64,000 nt of DNA, from assembly GCF_050920415.1 (NCBI RefSeq), contig NZ_CP169309.1; one strand, given 5' to 3'. Position numbers and translations under genes: made by a program. Below are positions 49,325 to 59,548 of this stretch, piece by piece. A model generated the notes under the pieces. That model was not told the DNA's origin and searched no databases. It saw only the letters and a list, made by a program, of their open reading frames with translations. The stretch comes from Escherichia coli. GTDB lineage: Bacteria; Pseudomonadota; Gammaproteobacteria; Enterobacterales; Enterobacteriaceae. The first letter of the stretch is position 1; each line of letters begins with the position of its first letter.

Positions 49325-50437
49325 TTACCTGTCAGTCACCCGATATTCCACGCTATGTGCTTCATCAGGTTGAGGAACTTCCAGCCTTGAGGCCATCCGC
49401 ATCACGACCGCTTCAGGAACGGCATACTCGCGCCTGGCATTTTGCTGCTTCCATTGCGCCCACGGTACTTCCAGATAAACGATTTTTACTCGTGCACCGT
49501 AAGCCGTAAACAGACTGATGAGCTGGCTACGCAACTGGCGGGTAATGTTCGTTGCATTCCAGATGAACGGCTTCTTCTGGCGTAAAAAAACGCGCGCTTC
49601 TTCTTTTGCCTGTTGCACAATACGCCCGGTGGCGGTTTTGTCGTCCGGACTGGCATTGATTCGCCGCCGCATATCATCAAGGCTGATAACGTTCACTCTC
49701 TGGCACTGTTCACTGATAAAGCGATCTTTGCCCATACCCGGTAAACCACACAGCAAAATAACCTCAAAAGATTCAGCCTCCCAGGGAACAAAATCAGGAG
49801 AACTTTGTTCATGGGTCAGGTAATGCCAGCGTGCGGAATCCGAAGCGAATGAACGCACTTTTCCCCAGCATTGTTGCTCCTGGCAAAATAGCTCGAACAG
49901 ATCGATGCGTTCCAGCATTGATTGCTGATCATGACAATGGCGACCAAGCAGATCGGCACGAGCAAGCAAAGCGAGCAGACGCGTGTCGATACGCATTGCA
50001 GCCGTGAGCAGCAAACGCTCCGGTTCCGGACGTTCCAGTAACCATAGCGGTAACCCATGCAGACGCACCAGTGCAACAATTTGCTCGCGTAGCACGAACG
50101 GCGTCGGGATATCGCGCCATAAAATTTGTCGGGCCGTCAATTCACCCCGACGAGCATGACCAGGAGACTGAATACGTCCGTTTTCCTGCACGGTAGTACT
50201 GCGCTTTTCAACGTCATGCAATAACGCCGCCGCCCATAAAATTTCCTGCTGCTGAGCGGGGAGTTGCTGAAACTCAGCCATCGCAACGAGTGCGTTCAGC
50301 ACCATTTCAGTATGCACACCAACGTCGCCTTCACCATGATGCTCCGGGTCTTGCGGCGTGTTATGCATATCCTCAACCCAGCTAAAACGCTGGCGTAGCG
50401 TCGACCAGCGTTTGTCGTCGGTAAGTTGCCAAATCAT
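49325..50437 (-). CDS. HD-domain phosphohydrolase fused to P-loop polynucleotide-kinase-like domain; putative RNA end-healing enzyme, accessory gene
   Basis: 370-aa ORF; HD motif (H..., LLHDVEK around residues 33-80); Walker A GLPGMGKD (res 231-238) and Walker-B-like VISLDD; ATGA start/stop overlap with the upstream ligase gene. Confidence 0.7.
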   Translation of the reverse strand: MIWQLTDDKRWSTLRQRFSWVEDMHNTPQDPEHHGEGDVGVHTEMVLNALVAMAEFQQLPAQQQEILWAAALLHDVEKRSTTVQENGRIQSPGHARRGELTARQILWRDIPTPFVLREQIVALVRLHGLPLWLLERPEPERLLLTAAMRIDTRLLALLARADLLGRHCHDQQSMLERIDLFELFCQEQQCWGKVRSFASDSARWHYLTHEQSSPDFVPWEAESFEVILLCGLPGMGKDRFISEQCQRVNVISLDDMRRRINASPDDKTATGRIVQQAKEEARVFLRQKKPFIWNATNITRQLRSQLISLFTAYGARVKIVYLEVPWAQWKQQNARREYAVPEAVVMRMASRLEVPQPDEAHSVEYRVTDR

Positions 50438-51141
50438 GACTGTTCTCCATAAGCGAACTCATGGGCCATCCGCGCCCGTCGCCAGTGGCGTTTCCAGTGC
50501 TCGGTGGTTTTGACATGATTTTTGCGTACATACTTGAAGACGTTATGCGAAAAGTCAGCGACGGAAAACGCATCACTATTCCGGCTGACAATGCCTTCCA
50601 GCGTACAGGGTTGCCCGGTTTGCGTATCCCAGGGATCGAACGCGCCGCGCGCATTGGTCAGCGCCAGAAAATCACGTTGCCAGCTTTTTTCATCATTCCC
50701 CGGCTGCGGGCCGGAGATTTCGGGAACGCAGGGGAAATCAAACAGAGCGGCGTAAAACTGCACCTCTTCCCAGCTCAGCCACATATCCTGGCAGCGAACG
50801 GCAAACAGATAAAAATCCTGCTCCAGGGCGCGATATTCAATCGAATGAACGGCATAAAGATTTTCACCAAACAACTCCAGATCGCCGAGATCGTTTTTCA
50901 GCAGTTGCCAGCGTTGGCGAATTTTATAGGTCCATGCCGATTGTGTAGGCGCGGCATGGGAACGGGCAAACACGCCGTAGCGGTTAAGGCAGTTATTTTC
51001 ACCGTCGAGTTTTTCTGTGTGCACCAATTGCGTGATGGCCTGTAAATCCTGCCAGTAATCGGTGTTAATACGGTCATCGCTGGTGGTGCCAGGGGAGAAA
51101 GGATAATGCCAGGTTCTCCCGTATTTACGTTGGGTATTCAT
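50434..51141 (-). CDS. ATP-dependent RNA-ligase-family protein (covalent nucleotidyltransferase), accessory gene
   Basis: 235-aa ORF; motif I KLDGEN (Lys44), motif III-like FGENLYAV, motif IV EGIVSR, motif V FKYVRK. Confidence 0.7.
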   Translation of the reverse strand: MNTQRKYGRTWHYPFSPGTTSDDRINTDYWQDLQAITQLVHTEKLDGENNCLNRYGVFARSHAAPTQSAWTYKIRQRWQLLKNDLGDLELFGENLYAVHSIEYRALEQDFYLFAVRCQDMWLSWEEVQFYAALFDFPCVPEISGPQPGNDEKSWQRDFLALTNARGAFDPWDTQTGQPCTLEGIVSRNSDAFSVADFSHNVFKYVRKNHVKTTEHWKRHWRRARMAHEFAYGEQS

Positions 51142-51361
51142 AATAATCCATTATTTTTTGTGTAATAAACGTACGCCCGCGAGGGTGCGAGTTATGGGGT
51201 TAAAAAAAATGTGAGTATCACCCGCGAAAGCGAGGGCGAAGAAAAAAGAGAGTTAACAACCTGAGCGAATGCTCAGAACCGGTTAATGGTGAATGGAAGA
51301 GTTTGGGGCGGCGAAAAGATACACCGTTTGAGATGATAAAACAACCGTTTACAGAATGAGC

Positions 51362-51389
51362 AAATAAAAAGGGAGCCGCAGCTCCCTTT
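51362..51389 (-). terminator. Rho-independent terminator after emrB
   Basis: Minus-strand GGGAGC-tgcg-GCTCCC hairpin followed by TTTTTATTT. Confidence 0.8.
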
Positions 51390-51396
51390 GACAACC

Positions 51397-52935
51397 TTAG
51401 TGCGCACCGCCTCCGCCGCCACCTGCGCCAAATGGCGGTTTAGCAAACCACACCAGCCCCAGCAGGACGAGGAATATCCCGGCTGACATCCAGAAGATCT
51501 CATTGGCGGAAATAATCAGCCCCTGATTGGTGATCTGCTGGGCAATCCAGCCTGATGCCTGTTGTTGCGTCATCCCCAGCCCTTCCAGTTGGCTGTACAT
51601 CGCCTGAGCGTTCGGGTTAAACGGGTTTACCGACTCGGTTAACTGTGCGTGGTGCATCGACTCGCGGTTAGTCCACATGGTGGTGGTGATGGATGTGCCG
51701 ATAGACCCCGCCAGCGTTCGCGTAAAGTTAGAGAGGCTCGATGCCGCCGCCAGTCGTTCCGGTGGCAAACCAGACAGCGTAATGGTGGTCAGCGGCATAA
51801 AGAAGCAGGCCACTGCGAAGCCCTGGATAAACTGCGGCCAGGCCGACGCACCAAAATCCATACCCGGTTCAAAGGTATAGGCACGCCAGTAGAAGCAGAC
51901 GGCATACATAATAAAGCTGAAGGTTACCAGCCGCCGCATATCCAGTTTATGCGCGAAGCGGCCGATAATCGGCGACAGGATCACCGGAATAATCCCTACC
52001 GGCGCAGAGGCCAAACCTGCCCAGGTCGCCGTGTAACCGTAGACCTCCTGCAACAACTGCGGCAGCAGAACAATCGCGCCGAAGTAGAGCATATACGCGA
52101 GGCTGATACACAAGCAGCCGATGGTGAAGTTGCGCGACTTAAACAACGACAGATCGACTATCGGGTTATCGTCGGTCAGCTCCCAGACAATCAGGAAGCA
52201 GATAGCCACCACCGCCACCACGGTGAGGATGATTATTTCCTGCGATGAGAACCAGTCCAGCTCTTTACCGCGGTCGAGCATAATCTGCAGGCTGCCGATA
52301 CCAATCACCAGCAGTGCCAGCCCCACGGCATCAATCCGCCGCCGTTCGGTGCGGGTTTCGCGTCCGCGCAGGGTTTGCAGTGTCATCAACACCACCGCCA
52401 CGCCAATCGGCACGTTGATGAAGAATATCCAGCCCCAGTGGTAATTATCGCTGATATAACCGCCGAGGATCGGGCCGCAAATTGGCGCGACAATCACCGT
52501 CATCGACCACAACGCCAGCGCGATCGAGCGTTTTGCTGGCGGGTAGTTATTCAGCAATAGACTTTGCGAAAGCGGGATCAACGGCCCGGCGACAATTCCC
52601 TGAATCACGCGGAAGAAGATCAGCATATTCAGGCTGCTGGAGACACCACACGCCCACGACGCAATAGCAAAGGCGATGGTCGACCAGAGGAACAGCTTCA
52701 CTTCCCCAACGCGCTTTGCCAGCCAGCCGGTAAGCGGGATCGAGATGGCATTCGCCACCCCGAAAGAAGTGATTACCCACGTTCCCTGGCTGAGCGATGA
52801 GCCCAGATTCCCGGCGATAGTGGGGATCGCCACGTTAGCAATGGTGGAGTCCAGCACCTGCATGAATGTCGCCAGTGACAGCGCAATCGTCATAATGACC
52901 AGTTGCGCGCCTTCCAGCGGTTTTTGCTGTTGCAT
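51397..52935 (-). CDS. emrB: Multidrug efflux MFS transporter EmrB (14-TMS DHA2 family)
   Basis: 512 aa from MQQQKPLEGAQLVIMTIALSLATF; C-terminal glycine run. Confidence 0.95.
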   Translation of the reverse strand: MQQQKPLEGAQLVIMTIALSLATFMQVLDSTIANVAIPTIAGNLGSSLSQGTWVITSFGVANAISIPLTGWLAKRVGEVKLFLWSTIAFAIASWACGVSSSLNMLIFFRVIQGIVAGPLIPLSQSLLLNNYPPAKRSIALALWSMTVIVAPICGPILGGYISDNYHWGWIFFINVPIGVAVVLMTLQTLRGRETRTERRRIDAVGLALLVIGIGSLQIMLDRGKELDWFSSQEIIILTVVAVVAICFLIVWELTDDNPIVDLSLFKSRNFTIGCLCISLAYMLYFGAIVLLPQLLQEVYGYTATWAGLASAPVGIIPVILSPIIGRFAHKLDMRRLVTFSFIMYAVCFYWRAYTFEPGMDFGASAWPQFIQGFAVACFFMPLTTITLSGLPPERLAAASSLSNFTRTLAGSIGTSITTTMWTNRESMHHAQLTESVNPFNPNAQAMYSQLEGLGMTQQQASGWIAQQITNQGLIISANEIFWMSAGIFLVLLGLVWFAKPPFGAGGGGGGAH

Positions 52936-52951
52936 CACACGCACCTCTGGA

Positions 52952-54124
52952 TTAGCCAGCGTTAGCTTTTACGATATCGTCGATCAGTTTATTGACAGGT
53001 GCCAGGCTGATTTCACGCGCGGTGCTTACCGCGACCGGTGTGGAACGTACTTTATTTGCCAGTACCTGACCGTCACGGTTAGTGGTATTGACGCTCACCA
53101 GCGTGGATAAACCGATACGCAGCGGGTATTGTTCCAGCTGTTTCTGGTCCAGTTCAATACGAACAGGCAGACGCTGAACGACTTTGATCCAGTTACCGGT
53201 GGCGTTTTGCGCCGGAAGCAGCGAGAACGCGCTACCTGTGCCCATATCCAGACCAACCACTTTACCGGTGTATTTCACATCATCGCCGTAAATATCGGTG
53301 GTGATGGTGACCGGCTGACCGATACGCATATTGGCAATCTGCGTCTCTTTAAAGTTGGCATCCACCCACATATTGGTGGCTGGAACGACCGCCATCAGCG
53401 GCGTCGTTGGGCTAATTTGTGCCCCAGGCTGTACCGCGCGGCGGGAGACATAACCGGTCATCGGACTGACAATACGGGTACGCTCCAGCGCCAGCCAGGC
53501 GTTACGTACTTCGGTGGCAGCCTGTTGCACGGCAGGCTGATCTTCCAGTTTAGTCCCCAGAATCATCGCCTGATTGGCATTGTATTGTTGAATGGCGACA
53601 TCCAGTTGCGCCTGGGCACTGGTCACCGCGTCGCGGGCGTGTTGCAGCTCTTCGCGACCAATCAGGTTGGCATTGCCCAGCGGCACACGGCGGTTGTAGT
53701 CGCTTTGTGCTTTCGCGAGGGCGATTTTTTGCACCTCAATATTCGCCTGCAACTGTTTGCTGTTAATCATCAGCTGGTGGGTTTGGCGCACGCTGGAAGC
53801 CAGTGCCGTTTTGGCTTTTTCAAACGCCTGGCGAGCATCTGTCGGGTCGAGAGTGACCAGCACATCGCCTTCTTTTACAAAATCGGTGTTATCGGCCCAG
53901 ACTTTCGTCACGCTGCCAGACACCTGAGACATAATTTGAATCTGATTTCCTGCCACGTATGCGTCATCGGTTTCTTCGAAATGACGCAGTACCAAAAACC
54001 AATAAATCCCTATCGCTACGGCAATAATTATAAAGAGCAAGGTGAGAAGGAGGAGCAGACGCTTACGTTTGCCGCTCTTCTTTACCGGTTGCTGCGGGGT
54101 TTGAGTCTCCGCATTTGCGCTCAT
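52952..54124 (-). CDS. emrA: Multidrug efflux periplasmic adaptor (membrane fusion protein) EmrA
   Basis: 390 aa from MSANAETQTPQQPVKK; single N-terminal TM then coiled-coil/biotinyl-like domains. Confidence 0.95.
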   Translation of the reverse strand: MSANAETQTPQQPVKKSGKRKRLLLLLTLLFIIIAVAIGIYWFLVLRHFEETDDAYVAGNQIQIMSQVSGSVTKVWADNTDFVKEGDVLVTLDPTDARQAFEKAKTALASSVRQTHQLMINSKQLQANIEVQKIALAKAQSDYNRRVPLGNANLIGREELQHARDAVTSAQAQLDVAIQQYNANQAMILGTKLEDQPAVQQAATEVRNAWLALERTRIVSPMTGYVSRRAVQPGAQISPTTPLMAVVPATNMWVDANFKETQIANMRIGQPVTITTDIYGDDVKYTGKVVGLDMGTGSAFSLLPAQNATGNWIKVVQRLPVRIELDQKQLEQYPLRIGLSTLVSVNTTNRDGQVLANKVRSTPVAVSTAREISLAPVNKLIDDIVKANAG

Positions 54125-54172
54125 ATTGTTCTCCACGATCTTCTTAACTCATCGGCTGAGCCGACCTGCTTG

Positions 54173-54203
54173 CCAAAAAGGCCAGCATGTTGCGATGCTG
54201 GCC
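54173..54203 (-). other. Hairpin with U-tract between mprA and emrA (intra-operon attenuator/partial terminator)
   Basis: GGCCAGCAT-cgcaac-ATGCTGGCC followed by CTTTTTGG on the minus strand. Confidence 0.55.
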
Positions 54204-54250
54204 AGTCATTTTTTCTTTTATAAATCTGGATTTTTGAGCGAGATGACGCG

Positions 54251-54781
54251 TTAGCTCATCGCTTCGAGAACCACACCGTCTTGTTCCATCTGGTCGAGAC
54301 GGGAGAGCAATTTGCGGGTGATTTGCTCGAGTTGATCTTTTTCTGTTGTGCTGAGCGCGGACCAGAGTTGATGCAGGCAGTTATGCTGCGGTGGTAAAAC
54401 CTCGCGCAAAAACTCGTGACCTTTTTCCGTTAATTGCAGATGCAGGCAGCGGCGATCGTTATCGCTTTCACGACGTTCGATCCAACCGCGTTTTTCCAGT
54501 TCATCGGCAATACGCGTCGCGTTGGTACGGGATGATCCAAGAGCACAACTCAATTCAGAAGGCTGAATACTGTGGTTTTCCTGAGACTCCAGCGTAATCA
54601 ACGCCATAAACAACGTCTCGTTAATCCCCTGAGCCTTCAGCATTTTATTGCGGTTCTCCAGCAGCTTGCTTTGCATGTGCATGCAAAGACGAGTCAGAAG
54701 GATCTCCTGATAAGGAAAATCTTCGTGGCGGCTGGCGCGAAATTTTAGCATTTGTTCAATGGGCGTAAACGAACTATCCAT
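54251..54781 (-). CDS. mprA: MarR-family transcriptional repressor of emrAB
   Basis: 176-aa ORF with winged-helix MarR core. Confidence 0.95.
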
Positions 54782-54871
54782 TTGGGTATGACCTCATTAA
54801 TTTCAGCCGATATAGTAACGACAGTGACAAATAAAGTAAATGTATTGTTTTAGAAAAATGATTCTTGTGGG

Positions 54872-55207
54872 TTATATAATCGCCATCACTTTCCAGGCGA
54901 GCCCATAGGCCAGCGCACTAAGCAGTGTTGGGATGATAATGCTGCGTGTTTTATAGAAACTGGCACCCAGTACCGCGAAGCCGACCAGAGTGGGCACGAA
55001 ACGGCGTGTATCGTGCATCACTTCTGGTGCGGTAGAGACAACCAGCAGAGCGCATATCGAGGCGATGCCAATGGTGTCGAGCAAAATACCTACCGCGCCA
55101 CGTTTGGTTGGGCGGGCATTACCCACACGCAGGCGCAGCGGCAAATAGCGGAAGCAATAATTCGCCGCGCCAACCAGTAACCCAAGCAGCAGAACCTCAT
55201 AGCTCAT
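54872..55207 (-). CDS. ygaH: Branched-chain amino acid (L-valine) exporter small subunit (AzlD-like)
   Basis: 111-aa membrane ORF overlapping ygaZ end. Confidence 0.9.
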   Translation of the reverse strand: MSYEVLLLGLLVGAANYCFRYLPLRLRVGNARPTKRGAVGILLDTIGIASICALLVVSTAPEVMHDTRRFVPTLVGFAVLGASFYKTRSIIIPTLLSALAYGLAWKVMAII

Positions 55208-55934
55208 CGGGCGCTCCTTGCCAGAATGCCTGGATTAACGCAGTGAGGCAGCCACAGACAATGCCTGCCAGAATGGCGACGGGAATAGAAAATAGCGTTA
55301 CGCCTGCAAGGGCACCAACTAACGCTGCGGTAACGCAAAGAGATTGTTTGCGCTGGAAAGAGGCGAGCAGGAAACTCATAAAGAGTGCCGGAAGCATAAA
55401 ACCTAATGCTGCTTCAACGGCGGGATATCCTTGCAGCAAGCCGCTGCCGGAGAATGCCCCTATTACCGTACCAAATACCCACGATGACCATGAACTGAAG
55501 GCAATGCCGATCATCCAGTTCTCGCTCCAGCGGCGATTATTGCGTACCAGTTTTGCGGTTGCGGCGGCAAAAACCTCATCCGTCAGGCCAAACGCCCACA
55601 GGGCAGTTTTCGATTTTTGCAGACGCTGAATAATACGGCTACGCAGTGACGGGCCATACAAAACATGGCGAACATCCATTGCCATGACGGTCAGTGCAGC
55701 AACCCACAAACTACTCCCGGCTGCCAGCATCGCGGTAATGACGAACTGGCTCGCGCCTGCATAAATGATGCAGGAGAAAAAAACGCTTTCGAGAGGAGAG
55801 AATCCCAGACGGGTCGCATTCAGACCGAACGCAAAGGCCACCGGAATATAACTAATAACAATCGGTAAACTGTCTTTGCATCCTTCCATGAAGGTCGCCG
55901 AACCAGGAGCAGGCTGTGGAGTAGGGCTTTCCAT
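55197..55934 (-). CDS. ygaZ: Branched-chain amino acid (L-valine) exporter large subunit (AzlC-like)
   Basis: 245-aa membrane ORF. Confidence 0.9.
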   Translation of the reverse strand: MESPTPQPAPGSATFMEGCKDSLPIVISYIPVAFAFGLNATRLGFSPLESVFFSCIIYAGASQFVITAMLAAGSSLWVAALTVMAMDVRHVLYGPSLRSRIIQRLQKSKTALWAFGLTDEVFAAATAKLVRNNRRWSENWMIGIAFSSWSSWVFGTVIGAFSGSGLLQGYPAVEAALGFMLPALFMSFLLASFQRKQSLCVTAALVGALAGVTLFSIPVAILAGIVCGCLTALIQAFWQGAPDEL

Positions 55935-56057
55935 AGAGTGTACGCTTAACGATTGTTAATATTATAAATAGACTGAATGAATATCTTAACCTTATCAGAC
56001 TGATGGGCTTCTTAACACCCTTATAAGTGTAAAGCCACGAAAACGGTTGCTGATTGC

Positions 56058-57242
56058 TTAATTTGCGGCTTCCTGACGATGAAAACCTCGCCACCAGACC
56101 AGTAAGTTAACCAGGGCAATCGTCGCGCCAGCCAGACAAACGCCAGCCCAACCGCCATGTTGCCAGGCTGAGGCTGAAATTAGCGAACCGGCGGCACCGC
56201 CAATGAAGTAGCTGGTCATGTAACCTGCGGTCAGGCGATTACGCGCATCAGGGTGTATTCGATAAATTACCGTCTGGTTAGTGATATGCACGCCCTGCAC
56301 GGTGAGATCCAGCACCAGGATGCCGATAATCAGCGCCAGTACGGAAGTGTGACCAAACCAGATCGCCAGCCATGAAAGTAACAGCAGCAGCAGACCGAAA
56401 GTTGTGGTGTGGTGCGATTTGCCCTTATCGGCAAATCCGCCCGCCGGACGAGCGCCCAACGCTCCGGCTGCTCCCGCAAGTCCAAACAGACCAATGACGC
56501 CATCGCTGTAATTAAAAGGCGGAGCGGCGAGCAAAAAGGCCATCGAGGTCCAGAGAATGCTGAAGTTGGCAAAGGTCAGGCAGCCCAGCAACGCGCGGGT
56601 GCGCAGAATTTTATCGCTGATAAACATGCTGAAAACGGAACCAAGCAACTGTGGGTAGTTGAGGTGGGTTTCTGATTTCATTTGTGGCAGACCACGCCAT
56701 AATGCCAGCGCCATCAGTGCCATTAACACCGAGGCAACCCAAAAGACGGTGCGCCAGCCGCCGAGGTTTGCCAGCAACCCGGCAACGGTTCGTGCCAGCA
56801 AGATCCCCAACAGCAGCCCGCTCATAATGGTGCCGACCACTTTGCCGCGTTTGTCCGGTGAAGCCAGCGTCGCTGCCAGCGGAACCAGAATTTGTGCCAC
56901 GACCGAGAATAAACCGGTTAATGCCGTACCGAGGATCATCATCGCCAGCGACTGACTGCTGGCGGTAATCAACATACCGCCCGCTGCCAGTAAGGTCATC
57001 GAGACAATCAGGCGGCGGCGTTCAAACATATCACCGAGGGGAACAAGAAACAGCAGACCTGCGGCATACCCCAACTGCGCGGCGGTAACAATAAAGCCCG
57101 CCGAACTGGCGGAAAGGGAAAAGTTACGCGCGATGGTGTCGAGCAATGGCTGGGCGTAATAGTTACTGGCTACCGCCAGACCGGTGGCGATAGACATCAG
57201 CACGATCAGCGCCGGGCTAAGCTCATGATTAGGTTTAGTCAT
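56058..57242 (-). CDS. ygaY: MFS transporter, intact (K-12 ortholog is a pseudogene)
   Basis: Uninterrupted 394-aa 12-TMS-like ORF. Confidence 0.85.
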   Translation of the reverse strand: MTKPNHELSPALIVLMSIATGLAVASNYYAQPLLDTIARNFSLSASSAGFIVTAAQLGYAAGLLFLVPLGDMFERRRLIVSMTLLAAGGMLITASSQSLAMMILGTALTGLFSVVAQILVPLAATLASPDKRGKVVGTIMSGLLLGILLARTVAGLLANLGGWRTVFWVASVLMALMALALWRGLPQMKSETHLNYPQLLGSVFSMFISDKILRTRALLGCLTFANFSILWTSMAFLLAAPPFNYSDGVIGLFGLAGAAGALGARPAGGFADKGKSHHTTTFGLLLLLLSWLAIWFGHTSVLALIIGILVLDLTVQGVHITNQTVIYRIHPDARNRLTAGYMTSYFIGGAAGSLISASAWQHGGWAGVCLAGATIALVNLLVWWRGFHRQEAAN

Positions 57243-57343
57243 TATTTTTGTTCATCAGGTGATGATTAAGCTGGAAATCAATAATAGCGGATGTTGATGA
57301 ATATGGGATGAAAGATAGATTGTTGAAATGTGCGGTGTGGTTT

Positions 57344-57424
57344 GTAGACATGATAAGACGCGCCAGCGTCGCATCAGGCATTGTGTACAGAGCGGCGGAT
57401 GAGGCAAAAACGCCTTATCCGCCC
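57344..57424. repeat. REP-type palindromic elements (pair) between ygaY and proX
   Basis: GTAGACATGATAAGACGCGCCAGCGTCGCATCAGGCA and GCGGATGAGGCAAAAACGCCTTATCCGCCC. Confidence 0.7.
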
Positions 57425-57433
57425 GAGTAAAAA

Positions 57434-58426
57434 TTACTTCTGCGCTGCCAGCGCCTCATTCACCCAGCCATCGAACTGCTGCTGGTGGGCTTTGATCCAG
57501 CCATCAACGTGGCCCTGAATATCGCCTTCTGAGGCTTTGCCGTCATGCATAATGGCGTTCTGGGCGTTAATATCTGCCACTGGTAACTGCATAATGGCAA
57601 ACAGTTTCGCTGCTGCCGGGTTTTTCTCGGCCCAGGCTTTGTTGGCAACGATATGCATGGTACTGACCGGGAAGCCGTAATTCGCGCCATTCGGCAGTTT
57701 GGTATCGGCATTTTTATCGCCCGGCAGTGCGGAGAACGGCACCTGCAACCAGACCACATCTTTCCCCGGTTTCAGTTCGTTACTCACCCAGTACGGCGTC
57801 CAGGTGTAGTAAAACACCGGCTTACCCTCTTTGTAACGACTGATGGTGTCAGCCATCATCGCTGCGTAGTTCCCCTGATTATGCGTCACGGTATTGGTCA
57901 GTCCATACGCGGCAAGCTGGTGGTTGATCGCACCTTCGCAGCCCCAGCCTGGGTTACAGCCGGTTAAATCCGCTTTACCGTCGCCGTTGGTATCGAACAG
58001 TTTGGCGATCTTCGGATCTTTAAGTTGCGCGATGTTGGTAATTTTATACTGGTCGGCGGTTTTCTTATCGATCAGGTAACCCTGTGCCGCGCCGTTAACA
58101 AATACTCCTTCACGATAAAATTTCTTATCGCCACCGGCAGCTTCGTACATGTTGTCATGCAGTGGCGTCCAGTTCACTGCGGTGAAGGTTGCATCGCCGG
58201 AAGCAAGCGAGGTGTAGCCAACGTTGTAATCCACTTCGCTGGGTTTATTGACGGTATAACCTAATTTCTCCAGCGCGCGGCTGACCAGCAGCGTCTGGAA
58301 AGTTTCTTCGGTGATGGTGCTCTGAACCGGATTAACAGTAATGCCTTTGCCCGGCAGGTCGGCAGCAAAAGTTTGTGTAGAGATAAGCGTGGCAAACGCT
58401 GTCGCAAAAAGTACGCTATGTCGCAT
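57434..58426 (-). CDS. proX: Glycine betaine/proline ABC transporter periplasmic binding protein
   Basis: 330 aa from [26 protein letters not shown] (signal peptide). Confidence 0.95.
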   Translation of the reverse strand: MRHSVLFATAFATLISTQTFAADLPGKGITVNPVQSTITEETFQTLLVSRALEKLGYTVNKPSEVDYNVGYTSLASGDATFTAVNWTPLHDNMYEAAGGDKKFYREGVFVNGAAQGYLIDKKTADQYKITNIAQLKDPKIAKLFDTNGDGKADLTGCNPGWGCEGAINHQLAAYGLTNTVTHNQGNYAAMMADTISRYKEGKPVFYYTWTPYWVSNELKPGKDVVWLQVPFSALPGDKNADTKLPNGANYGFPVSTMHIVANKAWAEKNPAAAKLFAIMQLPVADINAQNAIMHDGKASEGDIQGHVDGWIKAHQQQFDGWVNEALAAQK

Positions 58427-58483
58427 TGTTATTCCTTTTTTTGGCAGGGTGATAATGCCCGGCGTCACCGGGCAAGTGCAGAG

Positions 58484-59548
58484 TTACTTAATGAATGGGC
58501 GGGTCAGCAGACCGACAGGTCCAGTGGTGTACCAGCGACGGTTGCCGCGACTGCGTGAGTCGCGCCCAACGGCCTGCGTCAGGCGGTCGAGGATAATGGC
58601 GAGGATCACAATCCCGACGCCGCCAACGGTGGCAAGCCCCATATCCAGACGACCGATACCGCGAAGTACCATCTGACCCAGCCCGCCGACGGCAATCATC
58701 GAGGCGATGACCACCATAGAAAGGGCCAGCATCAGCGTCTGGTTAACGCCCGCCATTATGGTCGGCATCGCCAGCGGTAACTGAACTTTGAACAGCATTT
58801 GACGCGGGCTGGCACCGAATGAGCGCGAGGCTTCAATTAAATCCGCCGGAACCTGATTAATACCAAGAATCGTCAGACGGATAATCGGCGGCAGAGCAAA
58901 GATTATAGTCACCACTACGCCCGGCACGTTGCCGATACCAAACAGCATGACGATTGGCACCAGATAAACAAACGCTGGCGTGGTCTGCATGGCATCAAGC
59001 AGTGGACGAATAATTTTCGCCGCTCGCGGACTTCTCGCCAGCCAGATCCCCAACGGCAAACCTATGACGATACAGAACAGCAGGGCGGTTAACACCAGCG
59101 CCAGGGTAACCATGGCCTGCGACCAGGCACCGATTGCGCCGATGGCAATCAGCGAAACCAGAGTCGCCACGCCCATTCCGACCCCGGAAATCTGCCAGGC
59201 GATGAGAGCGAAAACGATAATCGCCACCGGCGCGGGCATACCCAGCAGCAATTGCTGGAAACCGTTGAGGATGTAATCAACCGGAACGCGCACGCCCTGA
59301 AAGACGGGACGAAAATGGGTAACGACCCAGTCGATCCCTTCAGTGACCCAACTGTCGAGCGGGATTAGCGTTTTATGGAACGGATCGAGAATATTAAAAT
59401 GCTCGACGTTTGGCGCAGGCGTACTGGTCAGCCAGTCAGCGCCACCGCCGTCAGTCGGTGCAGTCGCCGGTGTACCCCAGGCGTCTGCAGATTGTGCAGC
59501 ACTGTCCGCCGCTGGCGTGGTATCCCACGGATTATTTTGATCAGCCAT
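58484..59548 (-). CDS. proW: Glycine betaine/proline ABC transporter permease
   Basis: 354-aa membrane ORF; 8-bp overlap with proV end. Confidence 0.95.
   Translation of the reverse strand: MADQNNPWDTTPAADSAAQSADAWGTPATAPTDGGGADWLTSTPAPNVEHFNILDPFHKTLIPLDSWVTEGIDWVVTHFRPVFQGVRVPVDYILNGFQQLLLGMPAPVAIIVFALIAWQISGVGMGVATLVSLIAIGAIGAWSQAMVTLALVLTALLFCIVIGLPLGIWLARSPRAAKIIRPLLDAMQTTPAFVYLVPIVMLFGIGNVPGVVVTIIFALPPIIRLTILGINQVPADLIEASRSFGASPRQMLFKVQLPLAMPTIMAGVNQTLMLALSMVVIASMIAVGGLGQMVLRGIGRLDMGLATVGGVGIVILAIILDRLTQAVGRDSRSRGNRRWYTTGPVGLLTRPFIK

Noticed and set aside
53129-54223. 364-aa plus-strand ORF
   Set aside because: Antisense to emrA.
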